64,000 nt of DNA from a virus: IMG/VR virus record IMGVR_UViG_3300006920_000040, positions 6,190 to 70,189 of that record; one strand, written 5' to 3'. The translations under genes and the position numbers were made by a program. Below, piece after piece: positions 39,669 to 49,274 of this stretch (position 1 is its first letter; each line of letters begins with the position of its first letter). The notes under the pieces are model-generated. The model ran no database searches, had not been told where the DNA came from, and saw nothing but the letters and a program-made list of their open reading frames with translations.

Positions 39669-40400
39669 TCATTTTAACAATCCCCCATAACCATATAAGA
39701 GGACTTCGCAAGCAAAATCATTATCGAAAGTATAACCCACAGTGTCCTCAAGTTTATCCACTTTTTTGATTTGCTCTTCACACAGTTTCGAAACTTCGGA
39801 AAGCTCAAATTCTTCTGGATGCGTCTTCAGCCGAAGACAGATATCAAACACGGGAGTTCCTTTCAAGGAAACCGGAAACACCCCCGTTTTGAAAAACTGC
39901 TCACCACAATAAGCCAGACGGATCATGTGAGAGACGTTTTTGGGCGAGAAACCATGTTTGTCTAGGGCGGCTTTACGAGCACCACCCAAATGCCCCGTGC
40001 GGACACCCCGAGCGTGTTTCGACTCATTAAAGACATGGCCCTTCAAGCTGTGCATGAGTGCCTTAGAGTCCATTAGGCGTTTATAATTCTTCTGGATCAT
40101 GTCAAAGACCGGTGTCTTCATCCTGAAAGAATCCTCTGGTGCAAATAGCGCCTCGATTGAATTCGTATTTGTCCTTTTCAGTTTCTTCAGGAAGTAATTT
40201 AATTCGAAGTAAGCATAATCTTCTTCGTCGCTCTGGTTTACTTTGGTCTCATCCTTTTTAAACCCGAATAGTGCTGGTGTTGAATCTGTTAAATACACAC
40301 CTCTCAGATCAATATCCGAGTTTACCGTGTTCAAATTATACAGGTGACTTCCGCCCAAGTATTCGCAGACTATGTTTTTTCCAAATTTTGATGTTCTCAT
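39669..40400 (-). CDS. Pol-beta superfamily nucleotidyltransferase
   Basis: GSHLYNLNT..SDIDLRGVY, K..SHMIRL. Confidence 0.88.
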   Translation of the reverse strand: MRTSKFGKNIVCEYLGGSHLYNLNTVNSDIDLRGVYLTDSTPALFGFKKDETKVNQSDEEDYAYFELNYFLKKLKRTNTNSIEALFAPEDSFRMKTPVFDMIQKNYKRLMDSKALMHSLKGHVFNESKHARGVRTGHLGGARKAALDKHGFSPKNVSHMIRLAYCGEQFFKTGVFPVSLKGTPVFDICLRLKTHPEEFELSEVSKLCEEQIKKVDKLEDTVGYTFDNDFACEVLLYGYGGLLK

Positions 40401-40729
40401 CGTTTTAGTTTTCTTGATTCTTTCTTCCACGCACGGGCGATTAGATTGGCTCTATTTTTATGTTGAGCATCTTCCGTATAACCGGTGTAGCCAAAAGCGA
40501 CGAAACGCCTTTCGGTACAGAATGGGCTTAATTTATCTAGATTTAACAAATTAAAATACGGTGACATTTCATCTGCTCGGGAGTTACACGAACCCACCAC
40601 CATAGCAGGTCATCCCCGACCAGTCAAGCCGTCCCTCCAAACGGTTGTGATGTTGACTCGATTATAATCCCACATCGTCAATGCCAGTGCCGCTTTCCGC
40701 AATCCTCTCTTTCCGCATTTTAGTCTCAT
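40397..40729 (-). pseudogene. 111-codon ORF interrupted by in-frame TGA at 40610-40612 (pseudogene or readthrough)
   Basis: ATGA overlaps with both neighbours; the frame continues across a single TGA. Confidence 0.6.
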
Positions 40730-41055
40730 TTTTTTAGAATTGTCGAAGCAAGGTCGGTAAGGTTTTTATAAGAACCAAGCGAATGTGATTTTAGATCACT
40801 TCTGGAAGAAATAAATTTCAGTGCTGAGTCAATTGCCTTTTCGGGACTCCCTGCGGAATGCTTAAAATTACCACAATTAACATTAGCTGCATTTAAATAC
40901 ATGAAACCATAGCCGGATCTGTGGCGCACTAGGATTGCTGTATCATTGGCCGTATGGTAACCCACTATTGATCTACGATCACGGAATGAGGTGGCGGCTT
41001 CTTTTACAGAGATTGGGGGTTCGATCAACGGTTCTTTTTTAGTAATTGGGTTCAT
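40726..41055 (-). CDS. Hypothetical protein
   Basis: 109 aa coupled ORF. Confidence 0.55.
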   Translation of the reverse strand: MNPITKKEPLIEPPISVKEAATSFRDRRSIVGYHTANDTAILVRHRSGYGFMYLNAANVNCGNFKHSAGSPEKAIDSALKFISSRSDLKSHSLGSYKNLTDLASTILKK

Positions 41056-41708
41056 TATGGTCGTTCTTTAATTGTTCCTGATGTCCAAGACCATACACCT
41101 GTCTCATTACAAGTCAACTCTATAATTGAACAATTTTTTGGAGTGTGGTATCGCAGATAATCATCCACGGTCCAATCAAGCAACCTCATCATCAAAGTCC
41201 TGATTGCGGTCCCATGTGAGACGATGACACCCTTCCGGTCATACACCCTACCACTCCCCTCGATACGGTCCATCAAGAAGCTGGATGTTCGGTCATAACA
41301 ATCCGCCATACTCTCCCCGCCCTCGAATCGGTAAAAGAACCGACCTTGATCTCGCATCTCTCGGATTTGGGAGAATTCGAACCCACCAAGCTTACCCCGA
41401 TATTCGTGTTCTCTAATTCTAGGGTCTTCGATAATATTCTCTATATTATCTAAGACTTTACCTGAGAGACCTTCATGGATACCCTCCCAAGTTTGCCTAC
41501 CTCTCAGGTAAGGCGTAACAAACACATCTGTAGCACCCCAAGGGGAAATCTGTTCGTTGAGACCCAACCCACATTGGGTTGACTGCCCCTTACCAATTTC
41601 GGTGAGGGGGATATTGCTATCAAGGACACCGTCATATGCTCGGTGGTCAACATTACCTTCGCTCTCCCCATGGCGGATGAGGTATAGTTTGTGATATGGT
41701 TTACTCAT
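41055..41708 (-). CDS. Histidine phosphatase (phosphoglycerate mutase family)
   Basis: IRHGESEGN, PYLRGRQT, GESM, VSHG. Confidence 0.92.
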   Translation of the reverse strand: MSKPYHKLYLIRHGESEGNVDHRAYDGVLDSNIPLTEIGKGQSTQCGLGLNEQISPWGATDVFVTPYLRGRQTWEGIHEGLSGKVLDNIENIIEDPRIREHEYRGKLGGFEFSQIREMRDQGRFFYRFEGGESMADCYDRTSSFLMDRIEGSGRVYDRKGVIVSHGTAIRTLMMRLLDWTVDDYLRYHTPKNCSIIELTCNETGVWSWTSGTIKERP

Positions 41709-41709
41709 A

Positions 41710-41889
41710 TTAAATTCCTACGACATTTTTGATATATGCGTCTCGACCATTCTCTTCGATATAGTCATCAGAGAATTTGTCGAAATCCTCCGCCGATATT
41801 TGTCCGATAATTTCTTTCATTTCTTTTTTCATTCTGCACAAACTACGTTCCAGATTTTCAATCTTAACTTCTACTTCTTTACTGTTCAT
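41710..41889 (-). CDS. Small coiled-coil hypothetical protein
   Basis: MNSKEVEVK start. Confidence 0.5.
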   Translation of the reverse strand: MNSKEVEVKIENLERSLCRMKKEMKEIIGQISAEDFDKFSDDYIEENGRDAYIKNVVGI

Positions 41890-42613
41890 TATTTTCAATT
41901 CTATTTTTGGCAAATTTAAAGTAACCTTCATCAAGCTCAATTCCTATAAACGACCTTTTAAGGTTCTTACATGCAACTCCTGTGGTGCCAGATCCCATAA
42001 ACGGATCAAGGATAAGCGCACCCTCTTCGGTGAAATTGGATACCGCTTTCTCCACAAGCTCAACCGGAAATGTTGCACCGTGAGTTTTACACGACTTTTT
42101 ACCCCTTTTTTGTGCCCACACATTGGAGAGTGTTCCTCTGTCAAATTGGGCGGTCTTAAATAATCTACTCATCGGACTAGTCCTCTCAAGGACTAGGATT
42201 ATCTCAAATTGACTATTCATAACCCCTGAAGAGATAGCGGGTTGAGCATTAACTTTATCCCAGATAATAATCTCTTTAATATAGTCTGAGAAATAACCCA
42301 TCAGTTTAAAGAAGGCGGGTTTGTTTCCAGTTAGAATCTGGATATTATAAAACACCAATGGTGATACCCTCAGACACTCTTCAATGACATCCACATTGAA
42401 GTTATAAAGGTCATCCATTGATAGATTGTCATCAAAATTCTCATATTTGGTTGACAATTCTTTGACGATTTGTCGTGAACAATATTTACCTTTACGAATA
42501 CGGAGATTCATATTGTATGGTGGTGAAGTGAACACCATATCCACCGAATCACTAGGCAGTTCCTTCATTACTTCGAGACAATCCCCTTGGAATAATAATT
42601 CTGACAAATGCAT
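41879..42613 (-). CDS. DNA amino-methyltransferase (N4-C/N6-A, beta class), orphan
   Basis: TSPPY motif IV precedes DPFMGSGTT motif I; no adjacent endonuclease. Confidence 0.92.
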   Translation of the reverse strand: MHLSELLFQGDCLEVMKELPSDSVDMVFTSPPYNMNLRIRKGKYCSRQIVKELSTKYENFDDNLSMDDLYNFNVDVIEECLRVSPLVFYNIQILTGNKPAFFKLMGYFSDYIKEIIIWDKVNAQPAISSGVMNSQFEIILVLERTSPMSRLFKTAQFDRGTLSNVWAQKRGKKSCKTHGATFPVELVEKAVSNFTEEGALILDPFMGSGTTGVACKNLKRSFIGIELDEGYFKFAKNRIENNEQ

Positions 42614-42614
42614 A

Positions 42615-43226
42615 TTACTTAAATGCCCTGAAGGTTAGAGATGTGCGAGGTCCACAAGGTTGCCCGTGTTTCGGGATGCGGTGTAAGTGGGTCTCCTGAT
42701 AATGTGGGGGCATGATGAATAGACTACCTTCAGGAAGAAGAATTCTTTGTTCCTTTGGAACAAGTCCCGATTCACCAAACGGCTTCACCCAAATTTCACG
42801 CTCTGCCCCAAATGACATGACGGCAATGGGTGCCTCTGGGTCCATTGCCTCGAAGTCATCCGCATGCCAACCAAGATGTTGTTTTTCCGTATCATAACGA
42901 TTCAGGAAACAAGCACTAAAATTAACATCCAGTCTACGATTCAATGTGGACATGAGATTTTTAATAATGGGTGACATTGGGTTACTGTCATAAAACTCCT
43001 CACCCGTATTTCGGTTTCCGTAAGAATACGTCCTCTGAGTTTCGGACATGAAATATTCGTGTCTTGCTGATTTCCGTGTTAACCAATCCAAACCATCAAG
43101 TTCTCGTTTAATGGCATCCGTCACATCCACACTTGGCTTTTCGAATTTCGTGATCAAAATTGTCTCACAATGCGTAGTAACGGAATCACCCAATCTAGCT
43201 TTTTTTAATTCTTCTATTGTTTTCAT
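42615..43226 (-). CDS. AlkB-family 2OG-Fe(II) dioxygenase
   Basis: NRY...GWHADD, H.HRIPK, R.SLTFR. Confidence 0.9.
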   Translation of the reverse strand: MKTIEELKKARLGDSVTTHCETILITKFEKPSVDVTDAIKRELDGLDWLTRKSARHEYFMSETQRTYSYGNRNTGEEFYDSNPMSPIIKNLMSTLNRRLDVNFSACFLNRYDTEKQHLGWHADDFEAMDPEAPIAVMSFGAEREIWVKPFGESGLVPKEQRILLPEGSLFIMPPHYQETHLHRIPKHGQPCGPRTSLTFRAFK

Positions 43227-44266
43227 TTTTTATCGAATAATCGTTGCATGGAGTTCTCCACCCACTGTTGGTTATTAATATACCATTTGACAGTTTTGTC
43301 AAGACCTGTTTCAAAGTTTTCTTCGGGAGTCCACCCTAAGTCTGTTTCAATTTTAATAGGATTGATGGCATAACGCTGATCATGCCCCAGACGGTCCTCA
43401 ACGAAAGTCAGGTGACTCTTACCTATAAGCTCGGGCATTTCTTTGTAAACGATTTTTAAGATCTTGCTGACAATGTCGATATTGTTTCTTTCACAACGAC
43501 CACCGATAACATAAGATTCACCGATAACACCATTGGTTAAAACCGCAACGAGCGCCTTACAGTGATCTTTGACATACAACCAATCTCGGATATTCTGACC
43601 GTTCCCATAAATCGGAAGATCTTCACCTGCCAACACCTTCCCAATCATCAATGGAATCAACTTCTCAGGGCATTGGTTTGGCCCATAGTTATTTGAACAG
43701 TTGGTGGTGATGACAGGAAGTCCATATGTTTTGAAATATGACCGAACCACGAAATCACTAGATGCCTTAGAAGCCGCATAGGGGCTGTTTGGAGCGTAGG
43801 GCGTCTCTTCGGTAAATGGTGCATCAGATTCACTCAAAAGCTCACCATACACCTCGTCAGTGCTTACATGGATGAATCTATGATCAATACTGGGGTCCGG
43901 TTGAGCACCAATATGGTTTTTGAAGCACTCCAGAAGAATTGCCGTGCCCTTCACATTAGTCTCCATGAAGATATCCGGACCTTCGATAGAATTATCAACG
44001 TGGCTTTCCGCCGCAAGGTGGAAAATATGAGTGATATCGTAGAAATCCATATAATGTGCAATTTCTTCTTTATCACAGATATCAACCCAACGGTTGTGGT
44101 ATCGGCTATCCTCTTTGATACTATGGTTGATATTTTTGGGGTTACCCGCATAGGTCAAGGCGTCGATATTAACTAAGTTGTCGATCTCTAAGCCGGATTC
44201 GATTAGGAGATATTTGATGAGGTTTGATCCAATAAACCCACACCCACCTGTTACCATTATATTCAT
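43223..44266 (-). CDS. rfbB: dTDP-glucose 4,6-dehydratase
   Basis: GGCGFIGSN, DALTYAGN, HLAAESHVD, HVSTDEVYG, YAASK, NCSNNYGP, RDWLYV, GHDQRY. Confidence 0.96.
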   Translation of the reverse strand: MNIMVTGGCGFIGSNLIKYLLIESGLEIDNLVNIDALTYAGNPKNINHSIKEDSRYHNRWVDICDKEEIAHYMDFYDITHIFHLAAESHVDNSIEGPDIFMETNVKGTAILLECFKNHIGAQPDPSIDHRFIHVSTDEVYGELLSESDAPFTEETPYAPNSPYAASKASSDFVVRSYFKTYGLPVITTNCSNNYGPNQCPEKLIPLMIGKVLAGEDLPIYGNGQNIRDWLYVKDHCKALVAVLTNGVIGESYVIGGRCERNNIDIVSKILKIVYKEMPELIGKSHLTFVEDRLGHDQRYAINPIKIETDLGWTPEENFETGLDKTVKWYINNQQWVENSMQRLFDKK

Positions 44267-44338
44267 ATTATTTTTTATTTAGCAAAGATTAGGTAGGTTG
44301 CAAACCAAATCGAGTGGTGGTATCGTCATATTAGGATT

Positions 44339-44539
44339 CTACCGTTCGTGGAGAATGCAACCAAAATTTTCATCTGTTTCAATGTCAATAATAGTATGAC
44401 CCTCCCAGCCGGAGTCTACCTCAGGTGAAATATTATCGGTAATTTCAGGATGATTACATACACCGTCCGTCACATATGATGGTTGATTCACGGGCGCAAG
44501 CCAACATCTGCACGTTTTACATCTATTCGTATTTGTCAT
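44339..44539 (-). CDS. Small Cys-rich protein
   Basis: CKTC...C.H...FGCI. Confidence 0.55.
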   Translation of the reverse strand: MTNTNRCKTCRCWLAPVNQPSYVTDGVCNHPEITDNISPEVDSGWEGHTIIDIETDENFGCILHER

Positions 44540-44975
44540 AAATTTCTTTAATTTGTTTTTTGGTTATTCCTTTGTGGGTCTCACACCATACAATTCTCTT
44601 TTTCATTTCCGGTGAAGCGTCCTCATAATGCATTTCCAAATCCTCTAAAATAATATAAGTGTCTGGTTCATGTCTCATAATCCAGAATGCCACCTCCTGC
44701 CACCTATGACCGATAACAGGCGTCATCCAGTCCTCATGTAAGTATCTTGCCAGTGGACCGATGAGCCGTTCAATTTCCCCCTTTTTCTCGAAGTTGCGCC
44801 AATCGGAAGAAACCACGATTTTCAAATCAAGAGTCTCACAGACTTTTGCTAGGTCCCTCATTCGATCAGGGCAGAACTCGAAATGGTCCGGTGTTAAAAC
44901 CAACCCCGAAGAGGGCACACGAATGACGCCATCAAAATCGAGCATAATTACTCTAAGTTTTTCGACGGTATTCAT
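44523..44975 (-). CDS. HAD-family phosphatase (Swiss-Army-Knife RNA-repair-like)
   Basis: LDFDGVI, IVVSSDWR, YIILED. Confidence 0.85.
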   Translation of the reverse strand: MNTVEKLRVIMLDFDGVIRVPSSGLVLTPDHFEFCPDRMRDLAKVCETLDLKIVVSSDWRNFEKKGEIERLIGPLARYLHEDWMTPVIGHRWQEVAFWIMRHEPDTYIILEDLEMHYEDASPEMKKRIVWCETHKGITKKQIKEIYDKYE

Positions 44976-45103
44976 GATGTTACAATAATCCCCACAAATA
45001 ACAGCCAACCCCATCCATGGATGCCCATGACCGCCATCACAACACCTCCGATAAAACAGATGTAGGACCCTAGGTTGGAGGCTATGTATTCTTTGATTTT
45101 CAT
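44972..45103 (-). CDS. Small membrane protein (43 aa)
   Basis: MKIKEYIASNLGSYICFIGGVV...GWGWLLFVGII; preceded by TTGACA-16-TAAATT. Confidence 0.5.
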   Translation of the reverse strand: MKIKEYIASNLGSYICFIGGVVMAVMGIHGWGWLLFVGIIVTS

Positions 45104-45180
45104 CTGAGACGAATTTAGCATTTTTTCAGAGGATGTCAATATTTTATTTTGCTTTTCTCCTTTCCACCCTAATTAAATTT

Positions 45181-46221
45181 ATGGCTGAAACCGATCCCTG
45201 TAAATGCGCAACACCTTCCACAGGTCTTTCTGTTGTGACCGCATCCACTTTTAGCTTTCAGATGTGTGAAGCCGGTCAACTAGTAACCGTCCCTGCTGCT
45301 ACCGTTGCAGAATATCTGGTTAATACGATTTATGGCGATGTAATTGGCGATCCTCCTGCCGAAGGTTGTTATAATGTTTGTTATGATGCCGGTGGGAATC
45401 GGACCATTTCCACCAATGAATCCACCCCCCTGACTCATTATGAGCTACAGGAAGCTGTGACTATTTTTCCCGATGCTCCGGTAGACCCCGATGATAGGTT
45501 AACTTGGGGGCGAGCAACGACACGAATTCTGGGTCTAATTCAACCACCAGTAGGATATATCCCAACTCATGTAAAATTGAGAATATGGGGGTTCATAGGT
45601 GGTGGTGATAATACCAACATTTTGAGGGATACTAACTCCAACCGAATATTTATCATGCAGGGGTTCGGTGGTGATGATGATCATAGTTCGGTCACAGATG
45701 TAATGGTCCCTGTGCAACAAAACATTAATGATGATTATGAGGTGTATATTACTGGTGATTTTGCTAACGGGGTGGTTAATATAAAACAGATCGGTTATAG
45801 TCAAATGTGTTCTTTTGATGGTGACGGCAATGTCACACCACCAACCGGAGGAGAAACTCCAGAGGTGGAAATTCCACCAACGATACCGGTGCCATTGGAG
45901 ATCACATACCTAAATCATACCTATTCTGTTTCTGGGGTAGACCAAACAATTGTGGAATGGTATATTGACGACACTTTGGTTGGAACCGACGAATACAACA
46001 TTCATATCGACATGGGTGAGGTCATTCATACGGAAACTGTAACGCATGTTGTGGGCCTAACCTCCGATAAACAAAGACTCACTATTGATTGGACTGTTCT
46101 AAACAACCTGAAGGTCGATGTGAGTGTCCAAGAAGCCACGTATGGTTCTGTTCAAACTTCAAACTTCGGCACTTCAGACGTGTCGATCCCACCCTCATAT
46201 GAGACTGCGGTTGTCGTGTAA
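45181..46221 (+). CDS. Late beta-rich virion protein (fibre/decoration-like)
   Basis: Start reassigned to ATG 45181 with TAATTA 5 nt upstream; isolated + strand gene among - strand early genes. Confidence 0.55.
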   Translation: MAETDPCKCATPSTGLSVVTASTFSFQMCEAGQLVTVPAATVAEYLVNTIYGDVIGDPPAEGCYNVCYDAGGNRTISTNESTPLTHYELQEAVTIFPDAPVDPDDRLTWGRATTRILGLIQPPVGYIPTHVKLRIWGFIGGGDNTNILRDTNSNRIFIMQGFGGDDDHSSVTDVMVPVQQNINDDYEVYITGDFANGVVNIKQIGYSQMCSFDGDGNVTPPTGGETPEVEIPPTIPVPLEITYLNHTYSVSGVDQTIVEWYIDDTLVGTDEYNIHIDMGEVIHTETVTHVVGLTSDKQRLTIDWTVLNNLKVDVSVQEATYGSVQTSNFGTSDVSIPPSYETAVVV

Positions 46222-46223
46222 TA

Positions 46224-46415
46224 TTAATAATCAAATCGTAGTTTGAATGCGATACCCATACAGCCACTTATAGGTTGTATGGGTATGACCTCACAACCCT
46301 TCATTAGAGGGTAGGCGTCCCAAATAGGCGTCATTACATCGTGCCTGTTGCCCCGTGCGTCAAAATATTGGACACGAACCGTAATATTCGCACCAGATGA
46401 TCCCGTAATCATCAT
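46224..46415 (-). CDS. Hypothetical protein
   Basis: 63 aa coupled ORF. Confidence 0.45.
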   Translation of the reverse strand: MMITGSSGANITVRVQYFDARGNRHDVMTPIWDAYPLMKGCEVIPIQPISGCMGIAFKLRFDY

Positions 46416-46615
46416 GCGTAGAATTCTACCCTCCCGTCATCTTCCAGAGCAATCAATCGCTTATGGATATCTAGAAGTTTCTCGTCGGTGGTTTTCGATT
46501 GCCAAATAGCCATCGCTTCGCGTGATTTTCTCTGATGACACTCCGGACATTGTCCGTTTAGGAAATGTCGTTCTTTTTCGCAGTGATTGCAGTATTCGAG
46601 GTTTATATATGCCAT
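46412..46615 (-). CDS. Small Zn-finger protein
   Basis: CNHC...CPEC. Confidence 0.55.
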   Translation of the reverse strand: MAYINLEYCNHCEKERHFLNGQCPECHQRKSREAMAIWQSKTTDEKLLDIHKRLIALEDDGRVEFYA

Positions 46616-46621
46616 GATATT

Positions 46622-46948
46622 TTATTCTACTTCCTCCCATTTGTTGAGGGCTTTGAGGAATGCTTCGGCGCGTTGTGGTGCTGTAGCGTTGTGGTAGTGC
46701 ATTGCTCCACAGATATCCGCTAGGATCTCGCGATATTTCAGTTTGAATTCTCCACTCTTCGACATCACCGCTACGTGCATCGCGTCGAGGTCGTCTAGGT
46801 AGTCCGGTGGCATCTCTAATTCATGATCTGCACCACCGGCACGAACCCAACATCCCAACGCTATACATTTCAGGTCAGCATCGTAATGTGGGCTGAACCT
46901 CCACCCACACGCTTCGGCGATGGTGATTCTTTGTGTTTCGGGTTTCAT
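46622..46948 (-). CDS. Phage protein (ABA-sandwich-like)
   Basis: IAEACGW...PDYLDDLDAMH...ATAPQRAEAFL. Confidence 0.6.
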   Translation of the reverse strand: MKPETQRITIAEACGWRFSPHYDADLKCIALGCWVRAGGADHELEMPPDYLDDLDAMHVAVMSKSGEFKLKYREILADICGAMHYHNATAPQRAEAFLKALNKWEEVE

Positions 46949-46974
46949 TATGTGTAGTTGGTGGATATGTCTTT

Positions 46975-47643
46975 TTATTTTCTGTGTCTGAAAGATATTT
47001 TTTTATCGAAACCTGCCATGACGATTTTTGAGTCATTGTCGGTGTTCTGAGGTGCTTCGGGGTTGTCATTCATCCAACCAAGGAACTCGCTAATTTCACC
47101 GTAAACCTCATGCGCGGTCATGGCTTTTTGGAAAGCGATGGAATCGAGAATGGGTATTTTGATACCATAACCGGTATCCGCAAGGACAGGTTGCCTATGT
47201 TCTTTATTCAGTTCGGTTGGTCTCTTATTGTATCGATTCCATAATGACAACGCTATTTTACGAAGGTAAGTTCCCTCAACCTCCATTGAAAACTTATCAA
47301 TGGATCGGAAATAATCTTTGTAGTAAATTCTAGTGGAATAACGGCAACGGTAATTGTCACTATGGGTCTCCAAATAAGCAGAACCACTCTTCCTCAAAAT
47401 TACAAACAATTCAAACAACTCATCCGATGTGTGGTAAAATTTCTGGTTGTATGAGAATATAGTGTAGTATTGGTGGTTAATATGGATCTTTGTTCGAACC
47501 ATCATATCCTTCCTCCACAAACACAAATCGTTAGTGAGATTACTCACGGGCATCTTTCGGCGATCATAGTATAGAACTGGATCGATGCCGTAGATGCCCG
47601 TGAGGTAGTCGTAGTAATCTTTATGCTTGGACAGAATCTTCAT
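46975..47643 (-). CDS. Conserved phage hypothetical protein
   Basis: MKILSKHKDYYD...KIVMAGFD.KISFRH; early promoter upstream. Confidence 0.7.
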   Translation of the reverse strand: MKILSKHKDYYDYLTGIYGIDPVLYYDRRKMPVSNLTNDLCLWRKDMMVRTKIHINHQYYTIFSYNQKFYHTSDELFELFVILRKSGSAYLETHSDNYRCRYSTRIYYKDYFRSIDKFSMEVEGTYLRKIALSLWNRYNKRPTELNKEHRQPVLADTGYGIKIPILDSIAFQKAMTAHEVYGEISEFLGWMNDNPEAPQNTDNDSKIVMAGFDKKISFRHRK

Positions 47644-47648
47644 ACCGG

Positions 47649-47677
47649 TTTATAACGGGATTTTGTGGAGATGTCAA
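47649..47677 (-). promoter_or_regulatory. sigma70-type early promoter
   Basis: TTGACA-17-TATAAA, 5 nt before ATG. Confidence 0.7.
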
Positions 47678-47696
47678 CCCAAACTTGAGATTTATT

Positions 47697-48131
47697 TTAA
47701 TCCTTAAGAAGTTCCGCCAGTGCCGCAACTTCCAATTCCCGCCGCATCTCTGGGGACACCACTTGATTCAGGCGCTCTTCAAGAACTTTGAGTTCCTTCT
47801 GTTTTTTCATGACTGTCACCTTCTCAAATCGAGCAGTAATGTCATGCTCCCAATCCTTAAATGAACACCCCTGCCAAGTAAACGGGAGATGGGTTTTTAG
47901 ATGCTCTGATGCATCCCTCCAATAATCTCTCTTTCCAATAATGAATGCGAGGATCTCCACCAGTTCTTTTTCGGCGTTAACCACATTTAGGTTTATGGAA
48001 TTTTTCGGAGACTCATCATAACTGAAAATCATGTTTGTCCTGTAGTTGGGGGACTGAATCCTCTTAACTTCTTGCTTCTTAGCTTCTACTTTGTTGAAAA
48101 GTAGTTTAATTGTTTCGTCTATTTTGCTCAT
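47697..48131 (-). CDS. Hypothetical coiled-coil protein
   Basis: 144 aa ORF. Confidence 0.65.
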   Translation of the reverse strand: MSKIDETIKLLFNKVEAKKQEVKRIQSPNYRTNMIFSYDESPKNSINLNVVNAEKELVEILAFIIGKRDYWRDASEHLKTHLPFTWQGCSFKDWEHDITARFEKVTVMKKQKELKVLEERLNQVVSPEMRRELEVAALAELLKD

Positions 48132-48142
48132 TGTATTTTGTT

Positions 48143-49237
48143 TTAAAGTTTCGTGTCTTTGTAGTCTTCCTCATACCACCACCCCTTAGTTTTTCGCTTG
48201 ATGGTAGAACCGTCATCCATTTTAAAGTAGAGGTCCACACATTGATATTGTGTGATATCTTCGATTGGTGTGTTGGGTCGAGCTTGCACTAACACTTCAA
48301 GTCCTTCGATGGTAGCCGACGAAGTTATTTCATGACGCCTTGTCATAACCCGATCCTGATAGTAACCTCGGTTCCCCTCAAAGTCCTTTTTACAGTTCAC
48401 CATCAATAACTCATTTTCGGGACTTAGGAAATATTTGTAATCATCTATATGATCATATTTGCAATATTTCAATGCAACCTTTTTAGTGATGATCTTGTCG
48501 ATCTCCTGAGTATGAATTGTCTTGCTATACTTGTCCAAGATATTTGCCCAGTCATCAGAAGTATCCGATACTTTGGAGGCAAGATAGGTCCACCCATCTT
48601 TTCCTACAAACTGTTTCCGTTCAACATCCCAGAAGATGTTCTTACGCTTACCTTCAACCAAACCGTTGTTGTGATCGTAGTTATCAACCCTTTTGTAGAA
48701 CATTTCGCGCTCAATAAACACAAATTGTTTCATGTTTTTGTCAATGAATACATTACCTTGTGCAACATCCTTGGCGGTAATCTTCTGCGATTGAATATTG
48801 GTAAATTTGGAGATCTTACTATACTCCTGACAACCAACTGGGAGTAGAATGAGGGTTGGTCCTTCCCAACAATAAACAAACTCACCTTCCAACCCCTTAC
48901 CTTTGATGGAGTTGGTTTCCTGTAGGATGAACAATAGGTTGGCTAGACTGATCTCAATCTCAAAGCCTCGTGGGTCATATACTCTGATAAACTCCTTGCG
49001 GGAAGTATACCCCCTACCACCACCCCCGTTTCGGTTTAATACAAACCCTTCGGTTGGTTCATTCTTAAATTCCTCTGGGGGAATTTCATGATCCCGAAAA
49101 GTTTCCCAAGAATTCTCCTTGCGAAGAGTCCCCTTCGCATCCCAATAAATAATGTATGCTAATTTTGCACTATAAGTATCTTTTCGCAATTGGAATCCGA
49201 CGTTGATTTTTTCTGGTATAAATAGTTTAGTTCTCAT
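48143..49237 (-). CDS. Conserved large-phage hypothetical protein
   Basis: 364 aa; KLAYIIY...LRKE.SW...RVYDPRGFEIEI. Confidence 0.7.
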   Translation of the reverse strand: MRTKLFIPEKINVGFQLRKDTYSAKLAYIIYWDAKGTLRKENSWETFRDHEIPPEEFKNEPTEGFVLNRNGGGGRGYTSRKEFIRVYDPRGFEIEISLANLLFILQETNSIKGKGLEGEFVYCWEGPTLILLPVGCQEYSKISKFTNIQSQKITAKDVAQGNVFIDKNMKQFVFIEREMFYKRVDNYDHNNGLVEGKRKNIFWDVERKQFVGKDGWTYLASKVSDTSDDWANILDKYSKTIHTQEIDKIITKKVALKYCKYDHIDDYKYFLSPENELLMVNCKKDFEGNRGYYQDRVMTRRHEITSSATIEGLEVLVQARPNTPIEDITQYQCVDLYFKMDDGSTIKRKTKGWWYEEDYKDTKL

Positions 49238-49274
49238 TTTCGTTCATTATATATTAGTTGATATTTTTGATTAT

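Noticed and set aside
41879-42613. Restriction-modification system
   Set aside because: No recognisable endonuclease beside the methylase.
44278-44341. Readthrough of TAG at 44339 into a short in-frame extension
   Set aside because: The extension is short with no motif or coupling evidence.
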